A stretch of DNA of 64,000 bases. Source: the human T2T-CHM13v2.0 reference genome, Homo sapiens. Position numbers and translations under genes: made by a program. Where the stretch lies: NCBI RefSeq assembly GCF_009914755.1, contig NC_060926.1; one strand, 5' to 3'. This document shows, one piece after another, positions 14,421 to 26,978 of the stretch. Position 1 is the stretch's first letter. Each line of letters begins with the position of its first letter. The notes beneath the pieces were generated by a model. The model ran no database searches, had not been told where the DNA came from, and saw only the letters and a program-made list of their open reading frames with translations.

Positions 14421-14649
14421 GTTTCAAATTTTTCTGTTTAGTTTCTTCCTGTGCCTGTCTACAATGAAAAAAAAATTCTTTAAATAAATTACCCCATGGA
14501 AAAAGAAGTTTAACAAATAGAAACTACAGAATCACTTTAAAACAATGCTCAAAACTTATCTTTTCAAAATCCACACAAAAGAAGTTAAAAAAGAGACAGC
14601 AAAACTATATGCTTTATCCTTCCTTAAGTTAATTAAAATAAAGGCAAAC

Positions 14650-14840
14650 TTTCATTGAATACTTATGCTTGATCCAGATAGCCATAGGCTAAGTGTTTTA
14701 TTCTTATAATCCTATGAAGTAGGTAAATTTATTATCCCTAGTTTACAAATTCAGTAAACTGAGTCTCAGAAGTATTATATAAATTGCCAAGAGTCACACA
14801 GCCGGTAAGAGGGAAAGGCAGCCCTCAAATGAAGGTCTAA
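14650..14840 (-). mobile_element. MIR
   Basis: aatcctatgaagtaggt...ttatccctagtttacaaat...aaactgagtctcaga...ttgccaagagtcacacagc. Confidence 0.75.
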
Positions 14841-15714
14841 ATGAAAAAGCCTTTGTGCTTAAGGGTTCAGTATGTATTGTCTATAAATACACCTGCTTAG
14901 TTTGGGTTATATTGTTAAATTGGAGGTATTTAAAGTTATCTGATATAATTACTGTTGTAATCAGCATTTCTTTCATTTGCTTGTTTTGCAAAATTAGGAA
15001 CACAAAATAGCACAATGAGGAAAGAACTTTTTCCCAGTCTATTGTTTTATGTCTTTGATTTCTTTCCTCCTCAAAGGGATTGTTTTCAATTAGTTATTTC
15101 TTTTGCTCAAAATAAAAGTTGTTACAAATAAATTGGGTTAGTCTCTATAGAAAGAGAGAGAAAAAGACAAAAAAAAATCAGAAAAAAAAGAAGTATAATA
15201 ATATATCCTCCTTGTTGCAAATTTTATTTTATCTAGAACATTTTACCAGCTTTAATAGTTGTTTTATGTTTTGTGGGTAAACTGAAGCTGACTCAGTGGA
15301 TTGGAGTTGAGAGAGTTGCCTAAAACCCAAGTAGATTGTTACTAAGTTATATTAATAACAGGTAAATCTACTGAACAGAATTATGTTTCCTGTGGTTTTG
15401 CTTAAAAGGCTTCTTATTTTTTATCATGTAAGTCTTGCCCGAAGCTGAAACTTCCGGTCTTCTTACCTACAACAGCACATAATGAAGGAGACAGAGAAGG
15501 TGAAAGATTTTCACAGCATTACTGGCCAATGGCATTTTGCTACATGCCATGGCTACAGAGAGCCAGTGGGGACCAATCCTCACCATTTTTCAGTGTTCTC
15601 TTTGCTTCAGGTTCTTGGGATAATAGATATACCACACTTTCAATCCAAATTCAGTGATCCCAGCTATGACATCACTGAAGTCTATGTCACCTCCAATACC
15701 TCAGGACTGTGAAC

Positions 15715-15960
15715 TTACTACCACTCCAGGCAGCTCATTTTGTGGCACAAGTCAAATTGCTCAAAATTTATTCCTCTTTTAGGGTCAAAAATGGGTCAAC
15801 ATATAATAACTTCTACCTATTGTTTTTACTTTTATGTAGACAAACAAAATATGTCTAACAGTTTTCATACATCACAGCCTTCAAATGTTTGATAGTAAGG
15901 AACAAATACACCCACCTCCTTCCCGCAGGAGTCTAAGTTTTAAACGTCCTCAGACATTCC
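15715..15960. mobile_element. Possible L3/CR1 fragment
   Basis: actaccactccaggcagctcattt...aacttctacctattg...cagccttcaaatgtttg resembles the L3 3' region. Confidence 0.4.
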
Positions 15961-17399
15961 AATTCACTTTTCCTGGGTTTAGTTTAACTGTTCTGGTTTG
16001 TTTGTTGTTTTTTATGATTGCTGTTGTTATTTTTGTGTTTGTTTATCTTCTTGCTTTGAGGTTAAATTTGTTTGTTTTACACAAGTACTTGGCCCAGGTT
16101 TCTCAAAACATTCAAGTCAGTTTAATATGTAACCTTTCTAAATGACATTTCTGTAGCAAGCATAAGCATTTAAATCCATGTAAGATTGAATCTAGCTGTC
16201 ACTTAATATATTATGGCCAAATGGCAAAGCAACTTTGCATAAGTGAAACATTATTTGTTACAGGAAACTTTGAATTGCATATAAGTATATTTTTATCTAA
16301 CGTCTCAGTTTTTGATTGAGAAGACAGAAGCTCCAGTGGCTACAGGTTATAGCTCAAGTCATATGCCTCCTGTTTTCTTCTAAAGGCTGATTTCCAAGTT
16401 AGTAAGCAATTAGAATGTATCTCTTTATGTAAACAATGCCAGCCCCTTTCTCAAGGCACATCATTTAACACATATTTGTTCTGTAAGGGTATTAATGGAC
16501 TACATTATCAAGATAACTTCATGTCGTTCCAAAGCTAGGGGCCAAGAACACAATATACTCTCATCTTTTCAAGATCTGAATAGGAATCCAAGCATCCTCC
16601 ATTCCTTCCCCAAAAATCCCACTCCAGATAAGTGGGTGGAATTTTCCTCCATACAGCCCCAAAGCAGTTGTTTCTGCATCTTAAAGCAACCAGTGGACAA
16701 ATCTAAGCAAGTAAAAGTGATGGCATTGTATTGAGGTGAGGGAAAATTACGGATTAGGGTTCCAGGTTTGCGGGATGGAAAAAGTCTGATATGTTCTGAC
16801 TGGGTAAATCTACCAGGCCGATTACTGGGTACATCTACCAGGCAGATTTACGCAGTCATACTTTTTTTTTTTTCCTGTGGCTGCCAGCATATAGCCTACC
16901 AAATCCCTTACCTACTTTCTTAGGGGAATGAAATGCAGTTTCAAGTACAGTCTTTTTTTTTTTCTTCTTCTTCTTCTTGGTAATAGTGAACAAATAAGAA
17001 ATAAAGCATTTAGAGAAAATGTACTCTGATCCTCCAGTTCCTGATCACGTTCCTTCTTAACACTCCATAGGCAAGAGAAAAGTGAAATAAACATTAACTA
17101 TAGATTTTCTCACTAAAAGGACTAAAGGAAAATGTATTTACATGACAGAAAAAAAAAAAACAACACAAGATTCTGGCTATTATATTCTGAGTTCTCAGAA
17201 CTGGAAAGAAGGAAAGGTTGAAAGTCTCTGAGGGGAGGAGTGAAGCTAGGGGAAAGGCTTGAGGGTGCTACCAAAAAGACAAGCATTGGGACACAGAAAG
17301 CCAGGGCTAAAAAAAAACAAAGAAGCTATCATTCTTATACTTTACTCTTTTTCTCTCTGGCCCTAGGGCCAGGTTTGTTGTTTTGTTTTGTTTTAGTAA

Positions 17400-17522
17400 C
17401 AGGAGGATCATGATTACTTGCCCTATATAACCTCCCCGTGTTGTTGTGAGAATCAAATGAAACAATTACAGTAAAGTGCCTTGAAAATTGTAAAGCATGA
17501 CATCAATATATTATTATTATTA
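17400..17522 (+). mobile_element. MIR 3' fragment
   Basis: gttgttgtgagaatcaaatga...gtaaagtgccttg...tattattattatt. Confidence 0.6.
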
Positions 17523-18065
17523 CTTGACTCCAAAGTCTTGTTTGGTAAGAAAACGAAACAAAAGAAAACCTGAAAAAACTGTTTCTTTTTGTTGTTTTTA
17601 TATTTTTATTTTTAAAACACAGATATGAAAAGCAGAAATATACCCTATTACCAGAAGTTAAATGAAAAACTCTCACTGTAGAGTTTTAATATGAGATAAT
17701 CACAGTGGAAAAGGAAACCGATGGTAATCATCTACATTAAATAAAATTTGTGGGCTACTACAAAAAGGTGCTCTTTTACTAATACTGTAACATGCACTAT
17801 GTTATTACAATGTTTTAAGTTTTATATTTTGCCATCGTGTAATTATGATATATTAATGCCTTATAAAGTGTAAAGTGATTAAAGAACAACTACGTTTATT
17901 AACAAATTAATTGAGGGACTACAGATTCACTAAGGTAATAAAGGTAAGCAAATTCCTACCAAATACATGTTTTTGTAGAAGTTGACAAGAGCTTAACTTA
18001 ATTAGAATCTAATATAATTTAAGACACTGAACTGTTTATATGGCATAATTAAAAATAAAACAACA

Positions 18066-18352
18066 GACTGGGCATAGTGCGTCATGCCTATAATACTGGC
18101 ATTTTGGGATCCCAAGAGTTCAAGACCATCCTGGGCAACATAGCAAGACTTCATCTGTATTAAAAATACAACAAAACATTTTGATTAGCTGGGCATTGTG
18201 GCACATGCCTATACTTCCAACTACTGGAAGCTGAGATCACTTGCACCAAGGTGTTCAAGGCTGCAATAAACTAGGATTGTACCATTGCACTCCAGCCTGG
18301 GCAAGAGAGCAAGATTCTTTCTCAAAAAGATAAAACAAGAAAATAAATAAAA
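18066..18352 (+). mobile_element. AluJ with internal deletions
   Basis: Dimeric Alu with J-type cctgggcaacatagcaagac and gttcaaggctgca, A-rich tail; part of the left arm is missing. Confidence 0.9.
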
Positions 18353-18844
18353 CCACAACAAAACCTGTATCTTTGCTAATAGCTAGACTTAAATTTGAGA
18401 ATCTTTGAAGTACAATTAGGCATTAAAAACACCCCTGGAATTATGCACAGTGACTTAGATGTCTCGGTATCATTCATGGAATACCCACCAAGACATACAT
18501 TCTTCATAATTTCTTCAAAATGCTAATAAGTTGACTTTGTGTTATTAAAATGGCTACAGAGATGGAATGTTGCCTTCCTGTGGTTGAAAGTTTAAGAAGA
18601 ATAATATAATTAATAGAGAATAATACGATTTTGTTGGTACAATGCAAGTTTATAGATTTCACAGAGTGGATACAATATTTATGGTCCTTCTTTCATCTTA
18701 GGAGTCATTATCTTATATAACTCTGAACTTTGAAAATTGAGCCTCTATGCATGTATGTAAAATGCTGAAATATAACCCTAAAAATATAAAAATAGTTAGG
18801 CTTTTCTGTTGAGGCTGGAACTGAAGAGTGAACTGGCTTAGGAG

Positions 18845-19027
18845 AAGACAGAATTGGCCTGGGTTCTAGACATGTGACTTCGGGCAAATAACTTCACCAA
18901 CTTGATCTCTCTTTTCCTTATGTGCATAATAGGGATAGTAAGAGCTCTTAAACAATGCTGCTGTGAAGATTGCCTATGACAACAGGAAAGGTGCCCAATT
19001 TCTGTCACCTGGTAAACACTCAAAAAA
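18845..19027 (+). mobile_element. MIR
   Basis: cctgggttcta...tgtgacttcgggcaaataacttcacc...tgctgtgaagatt...gtaaacactcaa. Confidence 0.75.
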
Positions 19028-20159
19028 TTGCCTTTCTCTTAAAATCCAAACCTCTTTAAAAGCTATAAAAAAAATCCACTATTTTAAAAACTATTTTATG
19101 TGATTACTAAACGTCTTCTAGAATATCTAATCTTTATTTAAAAGATATTTGAATGCGTATACATTTTAGAACTCCTATCACATTCACTGCATGCCAAGTA
19201 ACTGTTGGGGAAGAGGTTATTAGATGAAAATAAGTCTGTTGTAAAAGATTTCCTTGCAATTACTTCACTACCATTATCCTGGCCACACACTCATGCAGCT
19301 TTTCAAATTAATATGCCTAGATTACTGAGCCAGTAATCAGAGAAGTGGAATTCTACGAGGAACTCAATTACTAAAGAAAATGATCACTCAAGCATTTGAG
19401 AAATTGGGGCTACAAATAATTTTGAATAGTGGATCATTATTGATATTATGGAAGCATTCAGTACAAACATTTGGACATGTAGCACCAGAATAGTGTTTCA
19501 TTTTATATACATATGGTAAACAGAACTAATTCCTTGCTAATATTTCTGCTAAATGTTATTCTCCCTAGCCGGAAAAAAAATCATTCTTGAAATCAGTACT
19601 TAAAAAAAAATAGGGAGCTGATTGCTTGATTGAATAAAAATTGGATTGTTAACTCACATTTAAAATAAACTATTTAATTTTTCTACTTCAGATAGAGTAA
19701 TCCTTTATACACTAGAAATACCTATCCAATGAAAGCAAATTTAAGAATTTTTGTCACTGTATTTCCATATCACAAAACTGCTTAAATCCTTTCGTCAGTG
19801 CATTTTAATTATTTCATCACCAAAAGAACCTCTTTTGACTAAATTATTATGAGATTCATGTACCACGTTTTTACTCATTTAATAATTTTTAATCAGGCCT
19901 TTATTTTCTCCAAATTAGCCATCATCCTATCTAAGCTCAGTTGCTTTTGATGAAAATTATTTTTCTAATTCTGATTTTTATCTAAGATTGAAAGCAAAGA
20001 CTATTTTAAGAATGCTGCTATATCTTTTTTAAAAAGCATGGGAGTTAGGAAAGGTAGTGTGGGGAAGGGTATGAGCTTGCTATACTTATTGCTCTTTGCT
20101 CTCTACCAAGGCAAACAGTAAAGAAAAATCATCAATATCATGATACTTTCTAAGAAATC

Positions 20160-20335
20160 CAGCAGTCATCAGCTGTGTGGCCTTCAGGAAGTGACTTCAC
20201 CTCTCAAAGTTTAATAATATAACATAATAATGACAATGATTAATGGTGGTGGTAATAATGTAGATACTGCCAGCATTCCAAAAATGTTATAAACACAAAG
20301 TAAACAAAGTATAAAAGTGCTTCAAGAGATTATTA
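20160..20335 (+). mobile_element. MIR (degraded)
   Basis: agctgtgtggccttcaggaagtgacttcacctctc core. Confidence 0.55.
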
Positions 20336-20354
20336 TGATTATTGTCAGTTATAC

Positions 20355-20490
20355 TTTTTAGAATATCGGTTATTTATTTTTTGGAGCCATGTACCACACT
20401 GAAAATATGCTGAAAGATTTGGTCCCTTTCCCCAGAAAAATGAATATATATGCAGATTGAAAACATTAATAAAATCTCAGAAATCCATGG
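20355..20490. mobile_element. MER103C-like hAT fragment
   Basis: tgaaaatatgctgaaagatttggtccctttccccagaaaaatg resembles MER103C. Confidence 0.5.
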
Positions 20491-20810
20491 CTTTTCTGGC
20501 ACCTCTTTATTGACTGACGTGTTGAAGAACTACATCATGGTAGAAGTCACTGGTTGCCCAGTCCGGAGCCATGCCCACCACACCTCACGCCTTAGTTTGC
20601 TCTGCCTTCATCACTAAATCCTGAAGTGTTCCAGTATCCAACAACTCATACGAATTTCCAGAATATTGTAAGTCAACATGTGTATGACACTCCTCAGTGA
20701 ACTGGTAAACTGTGACTTCTTTCCCTCTCCTGCTGGATGTGAAAAAGGCAGCATGCTATCACAGTTGCTTTCGGCAGCCGTCTTATGACCACACGAATAA
20801 CCAGCAAGGC
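20487..20810 (-). other. Candidate short alternative terminal exon
   Basis: Minus strand: branch-like CATTAAC, acceptor cttttggctttaccttag|GCCTTG with first base 20810. Body is locally GC/CpG-richer, AATAAA at 20506-20511, then a U-rich tract. Frames: xPCWLFVWS*, ALLVIRVV...HSLPVH*, or xLAGYSCGHK...EHFRI* (ORF 20614..20847). Confidence 0.5.
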
Positions 20811-21524
20811 CTAAGGTAAAGCCAAAAGTGTTAATGGCAGGTAACATAGTTAAGCCTCTAGAAAAGTAACCCGTATTACTCTAAACTTCCTGTTATATTA
20901 AATAAGAAATTACCTTTACACATCCTTGAAGTCTCAGTTCAGACATTCACTTGGTGATGATGTCATGGACTGAACCAAGAGGAAATAGTCTGTCGGCCTC
21001 TCACTTTGAAAACATCTAATGTATATAGAGCTTTATTATTTAACCCAATCATTGTGTTTAACATTGAGAGTATAACGAAACCATGAACAGCTTAGGAGCA
21101 GCGGTGTTTTTTGTTTTTGTTTTTTTTTCCTTTAGTTGATTATATTATTGCATTAACAGAACAATGCCTGCTACATAATAGGAATTCTACATCTGTTTAG
21201 TGGATCAGTGAATAATAGAATGTGATTGATTTTGAAAGACATAAATGAAAAAAATAGGTGGATCTTGCCTACATCGTACTAAATCTGATAATTAGATTTT
21301 TGGTTCTAATTCTTTCTTCTTATGAGAAGATTAGACAGAATTCTTCATAAAAGCACAATAACAAATAATGTTCATATCAGGTTTTCTAAAGTGATATCAG
21401 TTACTTGCATGGGAAGAGGGGGAAATACTACATTCAGTTTTACAGAATTTATGGAAGATGAACTTTAATAATTTAGGGAGATATCCAATTCCTAATATTC
21501 AGTATGGCTCAAAAATTTTTTCCT

Positions 21525-21680
21525 CCTAAGTTCTGGTATAACATTCATAAAGAAAAGTACACAAGTCACGATTATACAGTTTAATGAGTAAACACTGATC
21601 ACACCCATATAAACCACTGCCCAGGCCAATAAGTAAAATCTTACAAGCAACCCCAAAAAAACTCTAGGCCTCTACCTTTA
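21525..21680 (-). mobile_element. Old L1M 3' fragment
   Basis: ggtataacattcata...aagtacacaagtca...tatacagtttaatgag...cacccatataaaccactgcccagg. Confidence 0.55.
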
Positions 21681-21749
21681 GAATGCGTTTGCAGTATTTA
21701 AGACTATTGTAGTTCCAAAATTACTAAAAGTAATGAATCATTAATGTAT

Positions 21750-23390
21750 GTGTATTACATGTTAGAAATTTTATTTATTTTTTGAAGCATGCATGTTTAT
21801 CATTCTTAATATACTTTCTCCTGTTTAATCTCTTATAAACCTTAAACTGTAGTGACTCTTAGGAGAGTGAAATTCATGAATATAAAGGTAGTCCATAAAA
21901 CGTGATTTGTAGATTTTAAATCTGAAAAACATTCTCATATGCACTATAAATTTTGTCACTGTTCTATTTGATTTGCTTATCTCTACAGTGAATGAATTGT
22001 TTCTCTGAAGAGGATGGGGAAGCTTTCCCATTTAACAGGATAAAACTGAGGGAAATGAGAAATATAATAAGAAAGAGAGATTAAAATCTTCTGAAATTGG
22101 TTAATTGATTGCCTGACAGTTATAACAGAAATGCTTTAAATCTGAAACTCATCAGTTCTAGGCTATGTTTTTCTTTTCTACTTAATTAGAAAAAAATAAA
22201 ACATAAATGCATTCTTGTTTAGTTCGAACTGTGGGGAAATGCATAGGAAGTTGTAGGCAATAAAGTACCAGCTGCTTGTTTGGTGCTAAGTTTACCAGAG
22301 AGTTTAGAATTTATCATTCCTGTGTATTAAAGTTTTATGAGCTGCTTAGGAGAGGATGTAAGCAAAAGCCATGTTATCAAAACTGGGTTAAAATGCAGCA
22401 CAGAGGTAAAGGTGTGAAATGGAGTATCATTACTAACCAAAGGTGCACTTTTGGGTTGGGGGAGAGGTGTATACTGACAAACAAATATAGGAAACATTTT
22501 TTCCATATTATTTTCCAAATGAAATTGTTTGCTCATAATTTTATCGGTCTAAGTATTTGGCAAAAAACTACACCTATTACCAAGACATGCCCAATTCAGA
22601 GTTCTGCCTGTATACATTATAGAAGATGACAAAGCTCCAATAAGCCCTTAAGTACAGAGCTGGAGGCCCAAACAGCCAGCCAAATCTTGCTGTATTTTAT
22701 CCACCATAGTATAATCCAGAGACTGTGGACCCCAAATTGGGATGCTTTTAAAATCCAAAGTAGTTCTGTATACACATTTGAAGAAAAATGCTGTTGAAGA
22801 AATGTATCCATAAAACACTTCAGGTCAAAAAGCAAAAGAATATCAAGAAAAAGTTTAAATAACATGATTCCTACTGGTTTTAGATCATAATTATCATCCT
22901 ATATTATTTATATTCGTATCACTGTTATCTTTCTCTGACAAATAATTCTGAAATACAATACATTTTAAAGTTATGCAGGATTTTAAAGACCTCGTCTTCA
23001 AGCAAATACAAGAAGTTTAATAACAAACTTTAAATAAATGCTCATTTAAATAAAAGTTTATTTTTCTCCTGGCCAAATATTTGGTGAATTACTTACAAAG
23101 ATACTTTCAATGATTAGATTCCTTAGCTTAAAAAAAAATTCATTTGAATACGCTTTAGCCCAAAAGCTCCTTACATATTTTCGCATCACATGGAGACAGA
23201 GCATCTCATATCACAGTGATGGGTATGTTTTTTAATTTCTATAGAAATGCTATTTTATATAAACATAGACGCCCTCAGTCCCTAATGCATAACCCTTTGT
23301 ACCAACCAGGGCTTTGATTTTCATGCTGTCCCAAAGTTGCAGACATGTTCACGACACAGCTGCGTTTGTTCCTTCATCTTGTTCAGCAAC
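21750..23390 (-). other. Candidate proximal terminal exon with tandem poly(A) sites
   Basis: Minus acceptor gtttcttaccaaag|GTTGCTG with first base 23390. Frames xLLNKMKEQTQLCREHVCNFGTA*, VAEQDEGTNAAVS*, xC*. About 1.6 kb without recognisable TEs; AATAAA at 23057-23062 and overlapping AATAAA copies at 21770-21779. Confidence 0.45.
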
Positions 23391-23689
23391 CTTTGGTAAG
23401 AAACTACCATATTTAAGATTGGTATTCTAGATCCAAAAGAAAAATGCATGTGTTTGCTGTGTGTGCATGGGCACATGTATGTGTATGTCTGTCTGTAAGG
23501 ATAGAGAATGGCTGAAAATTCACAGGTTTTTAAATTCTTAAAAACAGGAACGAAGGAATTCTAACAGCTATGACTCAAAACAAGATTCTAATAAGTTCCA
23601 TGACAAGTAAAACAACTATTCATTGAGATGTTAATAGCCTTGGTACCTTATAATGGAAAAAGAGAGATTAAGCAATTAGCTCATGGGTA

Positions 23690-23835
23690 CACAGTTTCTC
23701 ATTTGTAAATACTGATGATACCACCACCTGCTTCATGAAGTTTTTGAGACGATTAAATGAGTTCATACGTGTGAAGTATACTTCTGGTTACATGATAAAC
23801 ACTCATTAAATTATGGCTATTATTATTGTTACTAT
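23690..23835 (+). mobile_element. MIR
   Basis: cagtttctcatttgtaaa...gattaaatgag...taaacactcattaaat...gctattattatt. Confidence 0.75.
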
Positions 23836-23839
23836 TAAT

Positions 23840-24035
23840 AACACTGAGCACTGTTCTAAGTACTTCAAGTATATTATTTAACTTGATCTTCATGATAGCC
23901 TTATGTGGTAGGTAATATTATTCTAATTTTATAGATGAGTAAATTATGAATTACAAAGTTAGGTAACTTGTCCAATGACACATAGTGTGTATGTGCTGGA
24001 AATAGAACTTCAACAGACGCAATCCAAGGCCTGTT
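23840..24035 (-). mobile_element. MIR
   Basis: gcactgttctaagtacttc...ttttatagatgagtaaatt...gttaggtaacttgtccaatgacaca. Confidence 0.8.
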
Positions 24036-24254
24036 CTCACAAATAATGAGTTATGGACTCTGAGACTAAGGATACTCTTGGAGACCAAAGCAGAAGCTAA
24101 GTATTAACAAGAAAAGAACCCAGACTCAGTTAGTGCTCAAGGCAGCTCCAGATCTACATGTTTTGCTTGATCTCCTGATCTTGAATTCCCTATGATTCTA
24201 AAACCAAACCAAAGTTACGTCATTGTTTATATAAAGGATATAATAAAGTTAAAC

Positions 24255-24500
24255 ATTAAGTGGGTCTGGGGAAGAGGAAGTAACTGCAAGTGGGCACAAG
24301 GGATCTGTTTTGGGAAAATAGTCTAAAACCCCTTTAACGATTCTTTTTTTTTTCTTTTTTTCTTTTTTTTTTTTTTGTAGGGGAGAGAAACGTTCTAAAA
24401 TTAGATTCTGATGTTAATTGCACAATTAAGTCATAAAAATTATTGGATTGTACACTTAAAAAGCATAGATTTTATATGTAAAGTATTCCTCCAAAAAGTT
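24255..24500 (+). mobile_element. Old L1ME 3' end, interrupted by a T-rich run
   Basis: aactgcaagtgggcacaagggatct...aacgttctaaaattagatt...attgtacacttaaaa. Confidence 0.6.
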
Positions 24501-24609
24501 CTTATTTTTTAATTTTTGAAAAAAAAATAAGGCATAGATACTCTTTCTGCTTTAATCACCCCTTTAATTCTCAAATTGGGCCTAATGATTTCGTATTTGT
24601 CATCTAAAT

Positions 24610-25190
24610 CCAAAACAGTTTTCCAGTTAACAAATGACCCTAAAATCTAGTGTCTTAAAACAACTTTAAAAAAAAAAAAAAGTCACAATTCACAATTTGT
24701 ACAGGGCTACACTGGGCATTTCTTCCATTTCTCAAGTCATTTAGGAAACTCAGTGGTACTCATCTGGCAGATGGGTTGGTTTGATGGATTCAAGATGGCT
24801 TCAATCATGTTTGGAACCTGGGCTCTGAGGGTTCAAAGACTAGGACTACTAGCAAGGAGCATGTACCTGAGGCCTTTCTGTGCAGCTTAGCATTGCCAGA
24901 AGGCTATGGCCTCATAGTAGTCAAACTACTAATGCAGTGGCTCAGAGCTCCAAGTGTAAATGTTTTAGTGAACAAAGTGGAAGTTGCATCATCTTTTATT
25001 ACCCAGACTTGTATACGACTTAGCACCGCTTCTGCTATAATCCATTACTCAGAGAAATCACAGCCCTCCTAGATTCTATAATTAAGGAATTTTGACTTCA
25101 TCTTGTTGGGGAATAACAAGGTCACACTACAGAGTAGCATATGAAGCTGGAGATATTATGGTCATCATTTGAAAATATGTGTCATAATAG
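24610..25190 (-). mobile_element. MLT1 (H/I-like) MaLR solo LTR
   Basis: taacaaatgaccctaaaatctagtgtcttaaaacaac...ttcaagatggcttca...gtggaagttgca...aaggtcacactacag. Confidence 0.7.
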
Positions 25191-26179
25191 TTTATTATAA
25201 TAATCACCATTAACAGAGGATTCAGAAAGGTCTATAATTCTTTAAAACTCAAATATCTGAAACACTGAGGATTTCTTATACCATATAGTATGTAGGCTAG
25301 GAGGAATTTGTGGGGAATTCATACTGATATTCTGATACACTTCAAGAAATTTATGCAAGAAATCTCCTTTAGAGACAAATCTAAATTTTTAGGGTATAAG
25401 AATAATTATACACTAATTTCCCTTGTGCTATTTTATATGGAAACATTTAGTTTACATAAAAATTTAGTTTCATTTCCTTTTGGTTTTTGATTCTAATGTG
25501 GCAGCTGAATACAGCTGTGAATTCTCTCCTTATAAAACATTTAGTGCTGACTAGGGCCAATTTTGGACATGCATTTTCTGAACTGAACATGATATTTGAT
25601 AACTTTTGCCCCAAATAAGAAAAATTTAAATTACAATTGTAAATGCCTTATGTTTATCCCATTTTAGTGAACATTTTGGAGCATGTGAGAGAAACACATT
25701 GTACTAAGAACTTGTTTAATTTAAAACCACTTCAGTTTACTGAGAGCTTGTTATTTCATTTTTTCACTTTAAAGGTACCAGACAACTTAATAATGAAGGA
25801 GTAACTCAGTGTCATGTGAGTTTAGATCTTATTTTGCCATCTGCAATGAATAACAAAGTATTAAAAAGAAGAGAGGAAGAAAAAAAAAACTAGGCCTCTT
25901 GCCTGAAGGACAGGATAATTCACACTTACTTAAAGAATGTCATTTATAGGATTTTCTCACAGCAACTTGAGACTATAGAATTGCTTTTTTAGCTTTTACA
26001 CACAGTCATTAGCAATTTATAGTGCCAGAGAACACTGTAATGGAAAAACAGTATGATAAAGTATGAAAGTTCATTGATTACATGGTCATAGCCTACTGAG
26101 GTTTGATTTAGTTTTTAAAGAAAGATTTCTGTTCTGTTCCCACCTGTTGAAAATACCTTGAATTTTTACTCATGTAACC

Positions 26180-26345
26180 CAGGAGTTCTCCACCCTGGCT
26201 ATATGAGAATCAAACTGGGCTTGTAAGAAATAGCAATGTCAGGCTCCAGCCCTAGAGATTAGATTCATCAGGTGTAGGATATGTCTTAAAGTTTAAAAAC
26301 CTCCTTACATGATAAAAGTGGGCAGCCAGGTTTGTAAAACAGTGA
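26180..26345. mobile_element. MER5-family DNA transposon
   Basis: caggagttctccaccctggct...gagaatca...gcagccaggtttgtaaaacagtg. Confidence 0.65.
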
Positions 26346-26978
26346 TTTAACCTGTTACTGCTTCTGCTGGCCTAGTGTCACTTACTTCTGAGAAAAGCAT
26401 GTTGTCTAAATATTTATCAAGATAATTTATAAAATCTTGAATCTAACCCAATCAGAAAAAGGTTCCTGAAGTGCCTCCAATCCCTTTAGAAAGAGAAAAA
26501 TCTATCAGTCAGTATGCTCAGATGACAACTAACTTTAAGTTACTTTAAAATTCACCAACTTTTCCAGTGTTACTGAGGATGTTCTAAAAGAGTCCACTGA
26601 AATCAAAAACCATCTGGCTGTAGATCAATCTCTGAAGTTCCACCCCAGTAACCTTTTCCAAAAAGCGAGTTAGATGAAGGAAGTTAACAGTCATGGTGGA
26701 GAAAACAAACTGAAAGACAAACATTTCAACAAGGGAGAAAAGAGGGAGTTTAAGCTTTGATTTGGCCACTAACAACCATTGTGTGACCATTCATGGGCCA
26801 CTTAGGGCTTGCTGGATACTATATTCCTCTGAAAAATGAGGGGTTGTGCTGTATCTGTGTTTTTTGTTTGTTTGTTTGTTTGTTTTGTTTTCTGTTGGTA
26901 ATGGTGAAAGTGTTATGAGTTAAGCAGTAGAAAACACTTTCCAAACAAAATACATTAAAACAACCTGCAAGATTAGGG

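Noticed and set aside
22276-22865. 117-, 69- and 82-aa ORFs
   Set aside because: They lie in the presumed 3' UTR and have no recognisable homology
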